Assembly: GCF_001194135.2 (NCBI RefSeq)
Contig: NC_069000.1
Coordinates: forward strand, 13,580,069 to 13,632,524
DNA: 52,456 nucleotides
Reading direction: 5' to 3'
Source: Octopus bimaculoides
Lineage: Eukaryota
The notes beneath the pieces are model-generated. The model had not been told where the DNA came from and did not search any database. It saw nothing but the letters and a program-made list of their open reading frames with translations. This document shows, one piece after another, positions 34,530-48,139 of the stretch. The translations under genes and the position numbers were made by a program. Numbering within the stretch: the stretch's first letter is position 1; every line of letters begins with the position of its first letter.

Positions 34530-34660
34530 ACCTTGAGAAGGATTCTAAGAATGTACTGGCAAGATCACATAATCAATGAAGGTACTTTAAAAATAACCAA
34601 CATAAGACGACTGAGTGAAATCACAACGGAACGCAGATTAAAACTAGTGGGTCATATACC
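34530..34660 (+). mobile_element. RTE-clade LINE reverse transcriptase C-terminal fragment
   Basis: LRRILRMYWQDHIINE...ERRLKLVGHI resembles the RTE motif LRRILRI.WQD.I.NE...RRLRW.GH. Confidence 0.75.
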
Positions 34661-35117
34661 CCTATTTTGGTCTCCCTGCAAACTTCGAGGATTTCTTATT
34701 TTAGCAACTCGTGAATCGTTTGAGAGACTAACCCTTTCAACCTTTAAGTACATTTTAGGGAACACGATTTCATTTGGCTATATACCCGAGGAAAACGCAA
34801 AAGCGGGTGGCCATATGAATTTCGTTTACAGCAGAAAATAACGAAGTTTCGGCCAACTCCACATCGATTAAATATTACACCACAAATCGAGTTATTTGCA
34901 TAATGTGCTGAATAAGTATATTTGTATGTAGAATTAGCACATCGATAAGCATCTTAACTCGTTGTGGATTTAAAACTATTGCACGATAGAATTAAATTCT
35001 TTTCTGTGTTGATTTAGAATTATAGTCGATTCAATCCAATCCAACAGAAAACTGTGTGTGTGTGTGTGTGCGTGCGTTCGTGTGTGTGTTGTGTGCGCGT
35101 GCGTGCGTGCGTGTGTG

Positions 35118-35211
<94 letters not shown>

Positions 35212-35519
35212 GCGTAGACGCAGATGTGGGCGATTTATGCCAACAGTAGTGAAACAGATTACATTTGGTTAATTCGGATCAACGTAAGCTGTTAGACAGG
35301 AAATATTGGCTGGTTTTCTTTCTTTTTTTTTATTTTTATTATATTTACGTATTTATTGGAGGTGGTTATTGATGGCGGTAGTTGGTAAAAACGATAGACG
35401 ATATGCTTCACACACACACACATACGCAACCACACACACACACACACACACACTCATGCACACAACACAAAATCGGCGTATTGTACCAATATAAGAAATC
35501 GTTATTAATATAGCCAGAG

Positions 35520-35830
35520 GAAGAGGTAGCGAGGAGTGTTACCTGGCACATTTTGTCTGCTGGTCTCCATCTCAAGCTATTGAGATCAATGTGATCGATT
35601 CTGTGCAGCGAAATACTTTCATGGAAATTCATCTCTGGAAAGGAAGCGCTGGGTGAAAGTGACTTTGGTGAAAATGGTGGTATCGAAATTGCAGAATCCA
35701 TTGTAAATAAAGAAAATAAGAAGAAACAACGTCGTGTCTGTGAGTTACAGAAATGCTACAGAACCAACCCCAGAGAATAAACCAGGAGGTCAAATGAATG
35801 ATACAAATGAAAGAAATGTGGTATGGAAGG
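35520..35830 (+). mobile_element. Possible decayed piggyBac transposase C-terminus
   Basis: INV-SILCSE (compare INAWILYKE) and KKQRRVCELQKC...KKCG Cys-rich tail across frameshifts; weak. Confidence 0.2.
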
Positions 35831-36938
35831 AAGGAACGAGAAATAGGCATCGAGTAAGTAATGCACAAAAGCGCAAAAGAACTTTCATGGTGCTGCCTGA
35901 AAGTCTAAAGCTCAAAGAGAGATGACTAAAGTCGCGTAGCCAGCAAAACTTGATGTGCAAGAGTGATGATACACGTCCAGCAAACTGAGAAATCATAAGA
36001 TGCCAAAATCAAGGGACACGAGAGAAGAATGCTGGCTGCTGTGACAATGGCAGCGCCATGACAAACTGCAAGCGCAGGGGCAAAGAAATGCACTGTCGAC
36101 TGCCGCGGAAAGTAACAGGGCCGAGATATTTGCCTGCGAAAAACTTTGCAGAAACGAGAAGGCTAGGAAAAACGACAGTGGCTAATAGAACCTGGGTAAT
36201 AATTTCACAGATGTGGCAATGCAAGATACTGGCGAAGCGAGTCAAGCCATGAAGATGGCGGCAAAAGGAAGAAGTTCCAACATGCAAGAAATTTGGCGTT
36301 GATCAAGCACACAAGGAAGAAAAAGCATGAAAAATGCATGTAACGCTACGTGAAGCGAAGAAAAGTGCGTTGGTAAGAGGTGGTTTTGTGCGCCCTACAA
36401 ACCAGCGAAGAAAGCGCATGACAAAACACGCAAACAACTTTTTGCCGGATGAGAAAAGACATTCCGCTAGGATAACCCACATAAATTATATGTTGTGTAA
36501 CGCGTCATGTTATGTTGAGTGAATGCGCGTAAATGCATGAAATATAACAATATAGGCATGTACAAATATAACATAGCAAACAATGCAACATAGTGAAATA
36601 AATGCAAAGAAATGTGCAGCAAAACATTATGTATTGCAGCAAACTTTTCTACCACTGCTACTGTGGCCTCATTTCTTCAGAGTTAGTTGGACTCTCTGTA
36701 TGTGAGTTTTGCAGATGGTCAGCAATTGATCAGGTTTCACATTTTTATTCTGGCCTTGACCACAGGGGAATGGGTTGCTGCTTTAGAAACGTTTATTGGT
36801 GATGTTTCTAAGAAAAATTATCGGAAATGGTGCAGTACCGTATTAGTAGTACGATTTAGTGTTTAGCAGTGCATTGGTCACGCGCAAGTTGAAGGAAGTT
36901 TCTTTTGTGAATAACTCTGTATTGTTCAGGTGAAATGT

Positions 36939-37102
36939 AATGTTTTCTAGATATTTGTAGTGTACAACTATTTTCTGAACACCTGTAATATAAAACTGCT
37001 TTCTGGATATGCATAGTGTAAGGCAGTTTCTGAACATCTGAAGTATAAATTTTTCTCTGAACATCTATAGTATAAGACTGTTCTCTGTACATATACAATA
37101 TC
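36939..37102. repeat. Degenerate 27-28-bp minisatellite, about 6 units
   Basis: Approximate consensus aactgttttctgaacatctatagtataa. Confidence 0.7.
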
Positions 37103-40100
37103 AGATTCTTTTTGAATATAACTGTTTCCAGGACATTCATGGAGGAAACGAAGTATGCAATAACATTTTTTGTATTAATTTTTTTAATGTCTAGCTTGAA
37201 AATATAAATCTTTCGAATTTTGATTTTAATTTCCATATGAATTGCACTAGTAATACTTTTACTTGATCGCTAGCGCGCTATGAAATCAGAGAAAAAACCT
37301 GAAAAGAATTAGTTTACGCTAATTCTATCACACTATTTTATGGATATCACCAGTGGTGCTGTTACAGAAGGTTAGACTAATATATGTCTCTGATTGTATT
37401 GCCTAAGGCAGTGTTTTTTCATTATAGGAACTAGTGAGGATAAAAGAAGCGACGGACATATTGCCATAGTATCCGTTTAACTGTACCCAAATTTATCAAA
37501 AGAAGTAATACCAATGCTGCTTCCATCTGGTAATTCATATGTAAAAAAAAAAAAAAAAAAGTTTTTTTCTGCTTTGGCAAGTATAAAAACAAAAATACAG
37601 AAGTCGTCTAGAAGCAGAAGTCGTCAAGAAACAGAGGGCGATACCTGACTTATCTTGACAAGTGTTCGATCTAGAATTGATGATTTTATCAATAAGTGTA
37701 ACTAGTATCATTATTGCTTTATTTTCTTATTTATGTGTGTATCTTACCTTTGTTTAAATAAAATACATTGTACTTCCAGCTTTTGAAATGTTTCCCAACA
37801 TAATGGTGAAGGTAGAAGAATTATATAAATATCAACTCTATCTTGTTTTCTCGTTAATAAAGACAGCTGAGTGGAGCAAATAAATTTCACTAAGTTCCTA
37901 TTTTCGGAAGCAATGTATGTCTGATTCAATATGCTTAGTTTAACCTTATAGAGAACGCCTGTGTCCGAAAGGAAATCAATGCAATCAATGTTGTTATTTT
38001 ACTGTTTTCTTTTTATAATTGTGGCGGTATGGGAGCTGTAGATAGCAGAACAAAATATCTTGTAATTTTATAGTTACTGCCGAGGCCAATTTTACATTTT
38101 ATCCTTCTGGAACCAGTAAAATATCCCCACCACTACCTTAACTGCTACTTTTTATAGCGACCCGCGGAAAATGAGAGACAGAGCGAATCTAAGCAGTATT
38201 TGGAAAAAGAAAAAAAAAATACATAATAGACTATTGTGGCATTTTTTTATATAACAAATCTTGAAAATTCTGATTCCGGTAAGAACTGCCAAAATCTACT
38301 ATAATGGCCAAACTTATTTGTTTTGTCTGCATAGAATTCTTTCGGTGATTATAAATACTGACAAAGAAAATAATTTCTGTATTTCTGTTTTCGTATACAG
38401 AATGTATCAGAGGTGGGTGTGCGTACCTACTAAGGGCTTTGTGTTCAAATCTGAGCCGTTTTGTGTCACTTTTGTATCACGTGTACAAATAAACGTAAAC
38501 ACTTTTATATAAACATTACATATCTGCTTTACTTTGTCCTTTTGTAAGCAAATGTACACGTATATGTATGTATGTACGTATGTATGTATGTATTTGAACA
38601 TATATATAAATATATGTTTGTGTGCGTGTGTTTACGTAACTATGTGTATGAATGTATAATTGTGTGTGTCTGTGTGTGTGTGTGCATGTATGTATATATA
38701 TATATATATGTATGTATGTACATATATGTATATATATATATGTATATATATATAGCAATGTTAATTCTCTAAATGAAGTATTAACAGTAATATATATATA
38801 TATANNNNNNNNNNNNNNNNNNNNNNNNNNNNNNNNNNNNNNNNNNNNNNNNNNNNNNNNNNNNNNNNNNNNNNNNNNNNNNNNNNNNNNNNNNNNNNNN
38901 NNNNNNNNNNNNNNNNNNNNNNNNNNNNNNNNNNNNNNNNNNNNNNNNNNNNNNNNNNNNNNNNNNNNNNNNNNNNNNNNNNNNNNNNNNNNNNNNNNNN
39001 NNNNNNNNNNNNNNNNNNNNNNNNNNNNNNNNNNNNNNNNNNNNNNNNNNNNNNNNNNNNNNNNNNNNNNNNNNNNNNNNNNNNNNNNNNNNNNNNNNNN
39101 NNNNNNNNNNNNNNNNNNNNNNNNNNNNNNNNNNNNNNNNNNNNNNNNNNNNNNNNNNNNNNNNNNNNNNNNNNNNNNNNNNNNNNNNNNNNNNNNNNNN
39201 NNNNNNNNNNNNNNNNNNNNNNNNNNNNNNNNNNNNNNNNNNNNNNNNNNNNNNNNNNNNNNNNNNNNNNNNNNNNNNNNNNNNNNNNNNNGTATATATA
39301 TATATATATTTATATGAATATATATATATATAAAGGAAACTAAGATCTCATGTTCTCATTCAAGTACGTTTTTGAAGATTGTGCCATAAGAACAATTCAT
39401 ATCTGGCGTGAAATGTTCAAATTGCGTGAGGACCCAAAAGATGAAAGAAGAAAGTTGGTGCCTTTTGATGAACATTGCTTCTAAGGAGTTCTTGAAACAG
39501 ACACAGTTAAATAATTTTCTGATACTAAGAGCAACAACATTGCATCAGTTGAAATTCTCAAGAATAAGAGATCACTTGTAGATGACCTAAAAAACAAACA
39601 TAACTCGCCCTGTAGAAACACACTGAGAAAAGACATGTCAGAGTTAATTACGACCGCCAGTCCACTTTGAAATACTAGAAAATGGCATGACATACTGGTA
39701 GTTTGCAGAATCAAAATGTTTGCTCATTTAGAGAATAAAATAGATTGGGTTTGGAATACACAACTTGCAGTCGCGTTTCTTAACCACATAATCATGCTGC
39801 ATCTATTCTACAATATTTTCAGACAGTGTTTCTCAGCAATTTTTTTAATCCTTAGCTCAGAGCCCTATATCACGGAATTGCATTTTACAAACGCCCCTTA
39901 ACCGACTATCGTTGGCAAGAAGCTAAATTTGTAGAGTAGTTTATTTCCATACTAGCCCATCCAACGTGTATCTTCTTTTAGATATCTTCATGGATTAGTG
40001 CTTTCTATATTAATTTTTCATGGAAATTACTGTAGAAAACTATGACATATATAAAGAAGTTATATTGAATCATCATCAGTTGTTTTTTGCTTACTGATAA

Positions 40101-41248
40101 TACAATGTCTTATGCATAGGGTCCATGCAAGCAAATTAGTAAATTGGGGATCCACAGTAGTATTTTAAGGGTCCATGAAAAAAAAAACTTTACTTTAGAT
40201 GTATTTATTGCAAGAAATATTAGGTTCATTTTTGTCGTATGTCTTACATGGTTTAACATGTTTCTGACAACTGAAACATATTCTTTCAGGGAGTTCTATT
40301 ACAAACTTATACAAGTGAACGTGTGAAAAACAAAACAGGAATTTTGAAAGAAATGTCTATAAAAATAGCTTTTAATCATAGACTGGCTACGAAGGTTCAC
40401 CAGAATAAAATAGCAATCAAAGGGGTCCACCTGAATAAAGTGGTTATCAAAGGGATCCATAGATAAAAATTGGTAGAGAACCACTGTTTTAATCCAAAAA
40501 AATGTGTCTTAAATATAGGGGCCGAAACCGGACGTGGTTCCTCCTGATGATGTCTTGAGCTAACTGGATCCTATAGAGGAGCTGTTGTGGTAGCAGACCA
40601 CGAAACATGGTTGAAATTCCAACATAGTTTAAATATTTTATTTCTAATTAAAATCATGACACCGCTAAATACCCAGCATGCACTTCTAACTACCCAGCAT
40701 TCCGCTTGTGAATACAGAACACTTCCAAACGAATGATGTGCAATTGCTTGAGTTAAGAACGGCTGTTTTAAAAGAGCCTGAGGAGACCGGTAAGGCTATC
40801 TTGACACGGCAAACAAATACATAGTTACAGAAATTGCTGTAATCAGTTAATTAATTATCAGTTAATTAAATATCATATGGATTAGTCATGAATCTCGACC
40901 ATGATTACACATGCCGGAACTAAGATTTAGCTGAATCGGCATTTTTAACCGACAATATTCACCGGTGTATTGAGAAAGAAAAAAAAAATTACATATGACG
41001 GTTACATACTTTAAATTGTTGCACCGACGCACTTTCAGGCAGTCACGTGGTATTTGACATTACTTGACATTTATCATGTATCGGGGAGTCTTAAAGGTCG
41101 TGAGAAAGAATTAATTTATAAGACAAAGATTACAGGACATCGATTCATATTGAAACGCCGCTGCATTATCTAGTAATTGCCAATCTAATACTCGTGACCT
41201 TTTCCTTTATCTCTTGGTCTACGTGTGCATGAGTGTATGTATATATAT

Positions 41249-41301
<53 letters not shown>

Positions 41302-42164
41302 TGTATGTATGTATGTACACTGAAGATTTGGATCAATGTTCTGTGAGTCCTATGTTCTTGTTGTTCAGCCGCCTTAAATCAAGTAGTCCTGATCGAGTTG
41401 ACTAATCATCAAAACAGTCTGACCTGAGATCATCCTGGTTTATATTTTTCTGTTTAAAGTATCCAGGATTAAATTGTATCGATACACATTTCTTCTTCCC
41501 TTTTAAGACGGTAGGGTATGTTTTAAGTGAGATTTATCTGCTGTTTCTAGCGAGTCGAGTAACTGCGTAGAGGCTCCAGTTATCAAGCAATACAATGTTC
41601 TTATTGAAGTAAAATATCATATTCTCTTCAAAGCGTTGGCCTGGTCCGAATACTTCCAGTTGAATAAACTTATCTAAAGATACGCTAAATACATGTAGTG
41701 TTGTTGGGTAGCATGTTAGCTCTACCCAGGGGATTTTGGCGTAGTATCTGCTCTAGAAAGGATGTATTCCTGGACTTACCTGTTGCTTCTATTCTGCGCT
41801 TGTCGTCTGTAGCTTCGAAGACAAGATCTCTTTTGCGAGACAGTTCGCATAAATGATTTCAAGAATGCAATGCTACCAGAAGAATAATTGTTCAGAAATA
41901 AAGAAAAAAAAAGAAGAAGAAAGGAGATTGATGGAGAGTAGGACTTCAAAAACAAAACGGAAGAGTGAGGGGTATACCGAAAGGTTAAAAAGAAAAGAAA
42001 AATAGAAAAAGGACGACGAAAAAAGAAGAAGAAGAAGAAGAAGAATGCGAGAGTGGGAACAGCTAGTGGGAACTCTATTGGGAACAGGTAGGATTTTGAG
42101 ATTGGTGCTTAGGTGTTGAATGTTTTCCACTATAAGTTAACATCCAAGTACCAAAGCTTATAAT

Positions 42165-42899
42165 TTGCGGGAAGAGAAAGCACTAAGAACCAGTTACATC
42201 AAATACAGAATAGACAACACATCAGAAGGTGATAAGTGCAGAATTTGTGGACAAAATGGTGAAACCGTAAGACATATTACAAGTCAATGTACGCCACTAT
42301 CCCAGAAAGAATATAAGAGACGTCATGACAATATAGCAAGGATTGTCCATTGGTCACTTTGCAACAAGTATGGACTTGACAGAGCAAAAAAGTGGTACGA
42401 GCATAAACCCGAAGGCATTATCGAAAATGATAATGCAAAGATCCTATGGGATTTTATGATTCAGTGCGACCATGAGATAGAGAACAGGAAGCCACACATA
42501 GTGTTAATTGAGAAAGAGAGCATACTATGCTTGATCATAGATATAGCATGCCCAACTGACAACAAGGTATGTGATAAGGAAGAAAGAAAAGTCAATAGAT
42601 ATGTCAGGTTAGCTTGGGAGGTTAAGCAGTTGTGGTCGCTGAAAAATGTGGTAATAGTACCAATAATCGTCGGAGGCCTGGAAACAGTGAATAAAAATCT
42701 TGAGAAGTACATGAAACAAATAGGGGCTGCAATAAGAGCAGAGAAATTGCAGAAAACAGCACTGCTTGGAACCGCTCGAATACTCCGGATGGTGCTCGAA
42801 TAATAAGGGTTGTTACTTTAGTTCACTGGTAGAGAACAACCGGCACCGTAGTACATCTCCAGCCTTAGAAGTTGTGCAAAGACAATAAATAATAATAAT
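42165..42899 (+). mobile_element. 5'-truncated R4/Dong-clade non-LTR retrotransposon (CCHC plus restriction-like endonuclease)
   Basis: 212-aa frame with CxxC-x8-H-x4-C, RHD, LWDF, RKP(H)IV and IIDIACP; the 3' UTR ends in (AAT)n. Confidence 0.85.
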
Positions 42900-43106
42900 C
42901 TTTTCTACTATGGAGCACGCGGCTTGAAATTTGGGGATGGGGCCAGTCGATTATATCGACCCCAGTATTTCACTGGTACTTAATCTATCGATCTCGAAAG
43001 AACGAAAGGCAAAGTCGACCGCGGTGGAATTTGAGCCCAGAACGTAAAGACGGGCGAAACACCGTTAAGCATTTCGTCCAGCGCGCTAACGATTCTGCCA
43101 GCTCGC

Positions 43107-43145
<39 letters not shown>

Positions 43146-43352
43146 CCTTTCTATCATATGCACAAGGCCTGAAATTTGGAGGAGGGGAACAGTCGATTAC
43201 ATCAACCACAGTGTTTCACTGGTACTTAATTAATCGATCTCGAAAGGATGAAAGGCAAAGTCGATCTCGGCGGAATTTGAACGCAGAAGGTAGCGACGGG
43301 CGAAATACCGGTAAGCATTTCGTCCAGCGCGCTAACGATTCTGCCAGCTCGC
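42890..43352 (-). mobile_element. Head-to-tail tandem of two family B SINEs separated by (AAT)n
   Basis: Copies at about 42890-43106 and 43140-43352. Confidence 0.85.
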
Positions 43353-44225
43353 AATAATGATGACAACAACAACAACAATAATCCTTTATTTATTTACTCG
43401 CCGAGACTAATTCTATACAGTTGTGTCTGGGGAGAGTCATAATTCTATTCAATTTTATTTATACAGCAGACAATTACATGAATTGTTAATAACAACTCAG
43501 GGTGGGAGGTTGTTTACAAAAATGCGTGCGGGTACGTAAAGTTATGTAAAATTAAACAGCGTTGATGATTATGGATGTTATTCAAAGAAAACACTTTAAA
43601 AATTTTTATGTATAAATAATAACACGGTAAATAATTATAAAGAAAATGCATAATATATAAAACAAGATTAAAAAAATATATATATAAGTACACTTAGAAA
43701 TATTTAGTGTAAAAAAATTCTCACACAAACTCTTTCACATACGAATGAGAATCAACCTACGTACTAAATTAGGCAACAGCTTAACGGCTCTGCCCTTCCA
43801 CTAATCATAGTATATCTGTCCTCGTTTATCACGGGTTTTCGTTCGCCACAAAATACCGTGTTACATGAATCAGTGATAAATGAAAAATATATTTGGTTCT
43901 GAGGTCTCAAGTTGAACTGAGCATTGCAGAATCTTTGACTGATCGCCGACCCGTGTTATGACAGATCAATTCGAGATAAGCATAACACGGTTCGCAATTA
44001 GCGTATCGTGTGTCGGACGAAATGCACTGCAGCATCTTATTACAAACTTTTACTTTATATGTTCAAAATCGATTTTCCCTTTCATTTTTTGAGCTCAAGT
44101 ACCTGTCAAATACTGGGATCGATATAATCTGTTCTGTCCTGTACCAAAATCAACAGGGCGAATTATTTGTTGAAAGATATTCCTGGCTACCGAAAGATCA
44201 GGTAAATAATTCCACTTATCTACAC

Positions 44226-44463
44226 CAGTGGCTCTTAACTGGGGTCCATATGACCCTTAAGGATCCATATCAGATTTTGTTGTTAAAATTTATGTGCTTC
44301 TACAACGCATAAACTATTTTAACAATTTTTTTATTGAGTACCTAATGATGTTTAATTATAAAAATCTAATGGCTTTTTTAAACATCGAATGGCTAAGAGG
44401 ATCCCATCCGAGTAAAATATGAATAAAAGGGATCCATAAGTAAAACATGGTTGGGAAACACTG
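44226..44463. mobile_element. hAT-type MITE
   Basis: CAGTG...CACTG termini; 8-bp TSD atctacac / ttctacac (7/8). Related end fragments lie near 11860-12010 and 40120-40486. Confidence 0.75.
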
Positions 44464-45624
44464 TTCTACACTCTTGTGTGGACAAATAAATAACCATAAC
44501 CAAACTGTTAGTCGTTGATATAACATCACAAAGACACAATTCCAATACTAACACCACCAACACACAAGCATTACATATAACGAATCCAAGACACGATCAA
44601 CAATCACTTACATAACAGCATCAAGACATAATCCCTTTGTAAACAATACTAAACTTATAATTATTACACATATCAAGGAAAATTTTGTTCTGCGTATGAA
44701 CATTACATACTTAAAATACTCAAAGTCACTAAATATGTGACGACTTGTAAACCTGGTGTTTTCTTATAGCGATCTCACATAATCTTGCAAAATTGCCTCC
44801 CAAAGACTAGGTTACCACTTCAGTGCCAGAAAATAGTTCAGCCATGACATTTTCTTGGCGTCTGCAAAGCTTAATTGCCTCCAACGCTCCTGGATCTGCG
44901 TTGTTACTGCATGTACAACGTCATTGATCGCATCCCAAACGAAGACTTTCAGTTTTTTCCGGCGTGCTAACGATTCTGCCAGCTCAACGCTTTAATAATA
45001 ATAATGGTTATTGTTGCTGTTTCTGTTGTTGCAATGGTTTAGTATTGAGGTACAAGGCCAGCAATTTTGAGAGAAGAGGCTTATTCAATACCATCGACCC
45101 AGTACATGGGACGACGTTACTTACATTCTGTTGTGAGTGTGAAGCTCTGAATACACTAGCTTATTCAAATACGCTCGGCTTTTCATTTATGAAGCGAATG
45201 CATGAATGTGCGCACATTCATAGACAAAAGCCTATACATAGCAATCCTAACAGACATAATAATAGTTTGTGATGCATCACTATTATTGTTGCTATTCAAA
45301 TATCATTAACAATAGTAAGCCATTGAACGCGCGCCTTTGATATTTTTTTTTTCCGCAGAGAATCACTGATGCACATTCCATAGTTATGAGGTCCTGGTTT
45401 CTTCTCGGCAAATTTTCTATCCACAATCTGTAGAACGCAGATAGGGCAAAATTAATCAAGGAAGATTGTAAGCTGTCATAAATTAAAATATGATATATAT
45501 ATGCTATCCTGCCTTATTGACTTTACGGTCGACTTACCATTTAGGATCTAGGCGATTTGTCTAATGACAAATCGTGGAGTTCTCATACATTATGTCGTTG
45601 AAACTCATGTTTATTATATTTTAT

Positions 45625-45890
45625 TCAAATTCCGCCGAGGTCGACTTCGCCTTTCATCCTTTCGGGTCAATAAATTAAGTACCAGTGAAACACTGGGGTC
45701 GATGTAATCGACTAGTCCCCTCCCCTAAAATTTCAGGCATTGTGTCTATAGTAGAAAGGATTATTATTATTGTTGTTGTTTTACTTCTCAGAGCGCTCGG
45801 TCTTGTTTGCTCTGGTTGATTCTGTGAAGAGCGCACAACAGCCTGTTGTCAGAGGTCTCACAGGGTCTCTTTCCGAACAGTATACGCTTC

Positions 45891-45950
<60 letters not shown>

Positions 45951-46350
45951 GTTGTTGTTGTTCTTGTTGATGTTCTTGTTAAGGCGGCGAGCTGGCAGAG
46001 TCGTTAGCACGACAGGCAAAATAGTTTGCAGCATTTCGTCTCACTAAACGTTCCGAGTTCAAATTACATCCTGAGTTCAAATTCCGTCAAGATCGACTTT
46101 GCCTTTCATTCCTCGGGGTCGATAAATTAAGTACCAGTGAAACACTGAGGTCAATGTAATCAACTAGTCTCCTCCCCCAAAATTTCGTCCGTCTTTACGT
46201 TCTGAATTTAAATTCCGCCGAGGTCGACTTTGCCAGTCATCCTTTCGGAGTCGATAAAATAAGTACCATCTGAGTACTGGGGTCGATGTAATGGACTAGC
46301 CCCTTCCCCCAAATTCTAGGGACTGTGCTTATAGTAGAAAGAATTATTAT
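45625..46350 (+). mobile_element. Cluster of family B SINE copies and partial duplications around a (TTA)n tract
   Basis: Three bodies sharing ccgccgaggtcgactttgcc...aagtacca. Confidence 0.8.
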
Positions 46351-46955
46351 AATTATATAGAGAGCAGCGCACGCCATCAAAGAGACACTGGGGTGCAAAT
46401 ATATGACGCCCAATATACCCATCATGACAACCTGTCTAATAAGCGTACGCCAGGCACATGCATCACAACCATATGTGCACTACATGATGATCTCATATCA
46501 AAACAGACTGCGCATGACCTTGCGGGTGGGGCCGAGTTAGAATTTTCTTCAGGTCGAGTGGCCCATCTCACTCAAAAGGTCCCTGAGTTAGGTTTGTTTA
46601 ATGATGATGGACAAAACACCCATGTTTCCAGACGTAAATTATTCAAATCCCAAAAAATTCCTCCCAACACATGGCTATGATGTTCTCCCTACCCCTACTT
46701 CTGCTCCTGATCAGAGATGCACATATCGTCAGCTACTAAGGGACATGCTCAACAGGTTATGGTCAAACAATTTCCAAGCAAATCTGTGGTATTGAGCAGA
46801 ATATTTGTTGTAACCCATCTTTTATACCAAGACAAAACATGTACATGATAACACTTCCAATCAGTTAAGATTAGAAACCACGAGAGCCAATACCTGGTAC
46901 CGCATCAGAGCAATATAATTATTATAATCATCGTTATTACTACTACTACTACTAC

Positions 46956-47027
<72 letters not shown>

Positions 47028-48139
47028 CATCATCATCATCATCATACACATACCGTCAAAAATGTCGGCCTTTTAAAACAAGCTGAAATTGATATTTAAT
47101 AAATGCATCGACATAACAAACATTCCATGTATTTCATATAAAGTTGCATAATATGAATAATTAAATTTTTATTGAAAATACTTTGATGGATTGAATCGAA
47201 AGATAACTGAATATGAAGTAAAGTTTTAGATAAATTGTTTTAATGTTTTGTTGAGTTTAAAACAATAAAAGCGTTATTTAATTATTGACTGGTTTTGCAA
47301 CTATTTTATTAGATCTGAGGAGGTTATGCGCCTTCAAAAATGACAGCGATGCATACATATCGTAAATGCAGTTCATATTCAAGATTTAAGTCTGGGAATA
47401 CAAAGAAAGCCCGTGGAGTTTACTGTTCATAGTTACACTGATTCATGTGTGAATAATAGAGCCGACAAATTCCCTTGAAAATTTTGCTCCCAAAAAGGAG
47501 TTGAACGCGTTCAACACTGAACTACGTGATAAAGATTGTCAACAATAAATATGAGTAACTTAGAGGGGAAAAAAAAGCAGAGAGAGAGAGAGACACAGAC
47601 AGACAGACTGACTGACAGAGACAGACAGACAGGCGGAGACAGAGACAGAGATAGGCAGACAGAGACAGAGATAGGCAGACAGACAGACAAGTTATTCTTA
47701 CAAATATAGCAAGACTAGTAGCTACAACGGAATTACTTTTGGTTATATCTAAAAGAGGTTAATACTAAAATCTGTTGGGATTAATGGAGAATCTTGCTTC
47801 CTACAATATAGAAACATTTCTCGTGGCACCAGCAGATAAAATGAAAAATGCGTAGATAGGTAGATAGGTGGTCAGACAGTTTTGTGTGAGTATATACATG
47901 GATTGGATAAAATACTGGAAACTAATTGTTATTTAACTGNNNNNNNNNNNNNNNNNNNNNNNNNNNNNNNNNNNNGGGTTCTGTTAGTAATATAACAAAT
48001 TCAAGACTGTTCTAGTCTGCATATTTGTGTTCATATGTATTATGTTTGGCGTGTATTTTATGATACAGCTCTCTGTTTTTCTTTCGTTTTCTTCTCTCTC
48101 TTTTTTTTTTTTTTTTTTGCAAATAATTATTTTTAAATA

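Noticed and set aside
39370-39720. Protein-like frame with a hAT-like TRKW motif
   Set aside because: Three stops and a single weak motif; not enough to call.
40520-40820. Hammerhead pieces (CTGATGA at 40544, GAAAC at 40602, CTGAGGA at 40778)
   Set aside because: No consistent helix I, II and III could be built; at most a heavily decayed Penelope end.
37744-45540. Isolated strong minus-strand donors near 37748 and 45537
   Set aside because: No convincing acceptor or frame; such hexamers are expected by chance.
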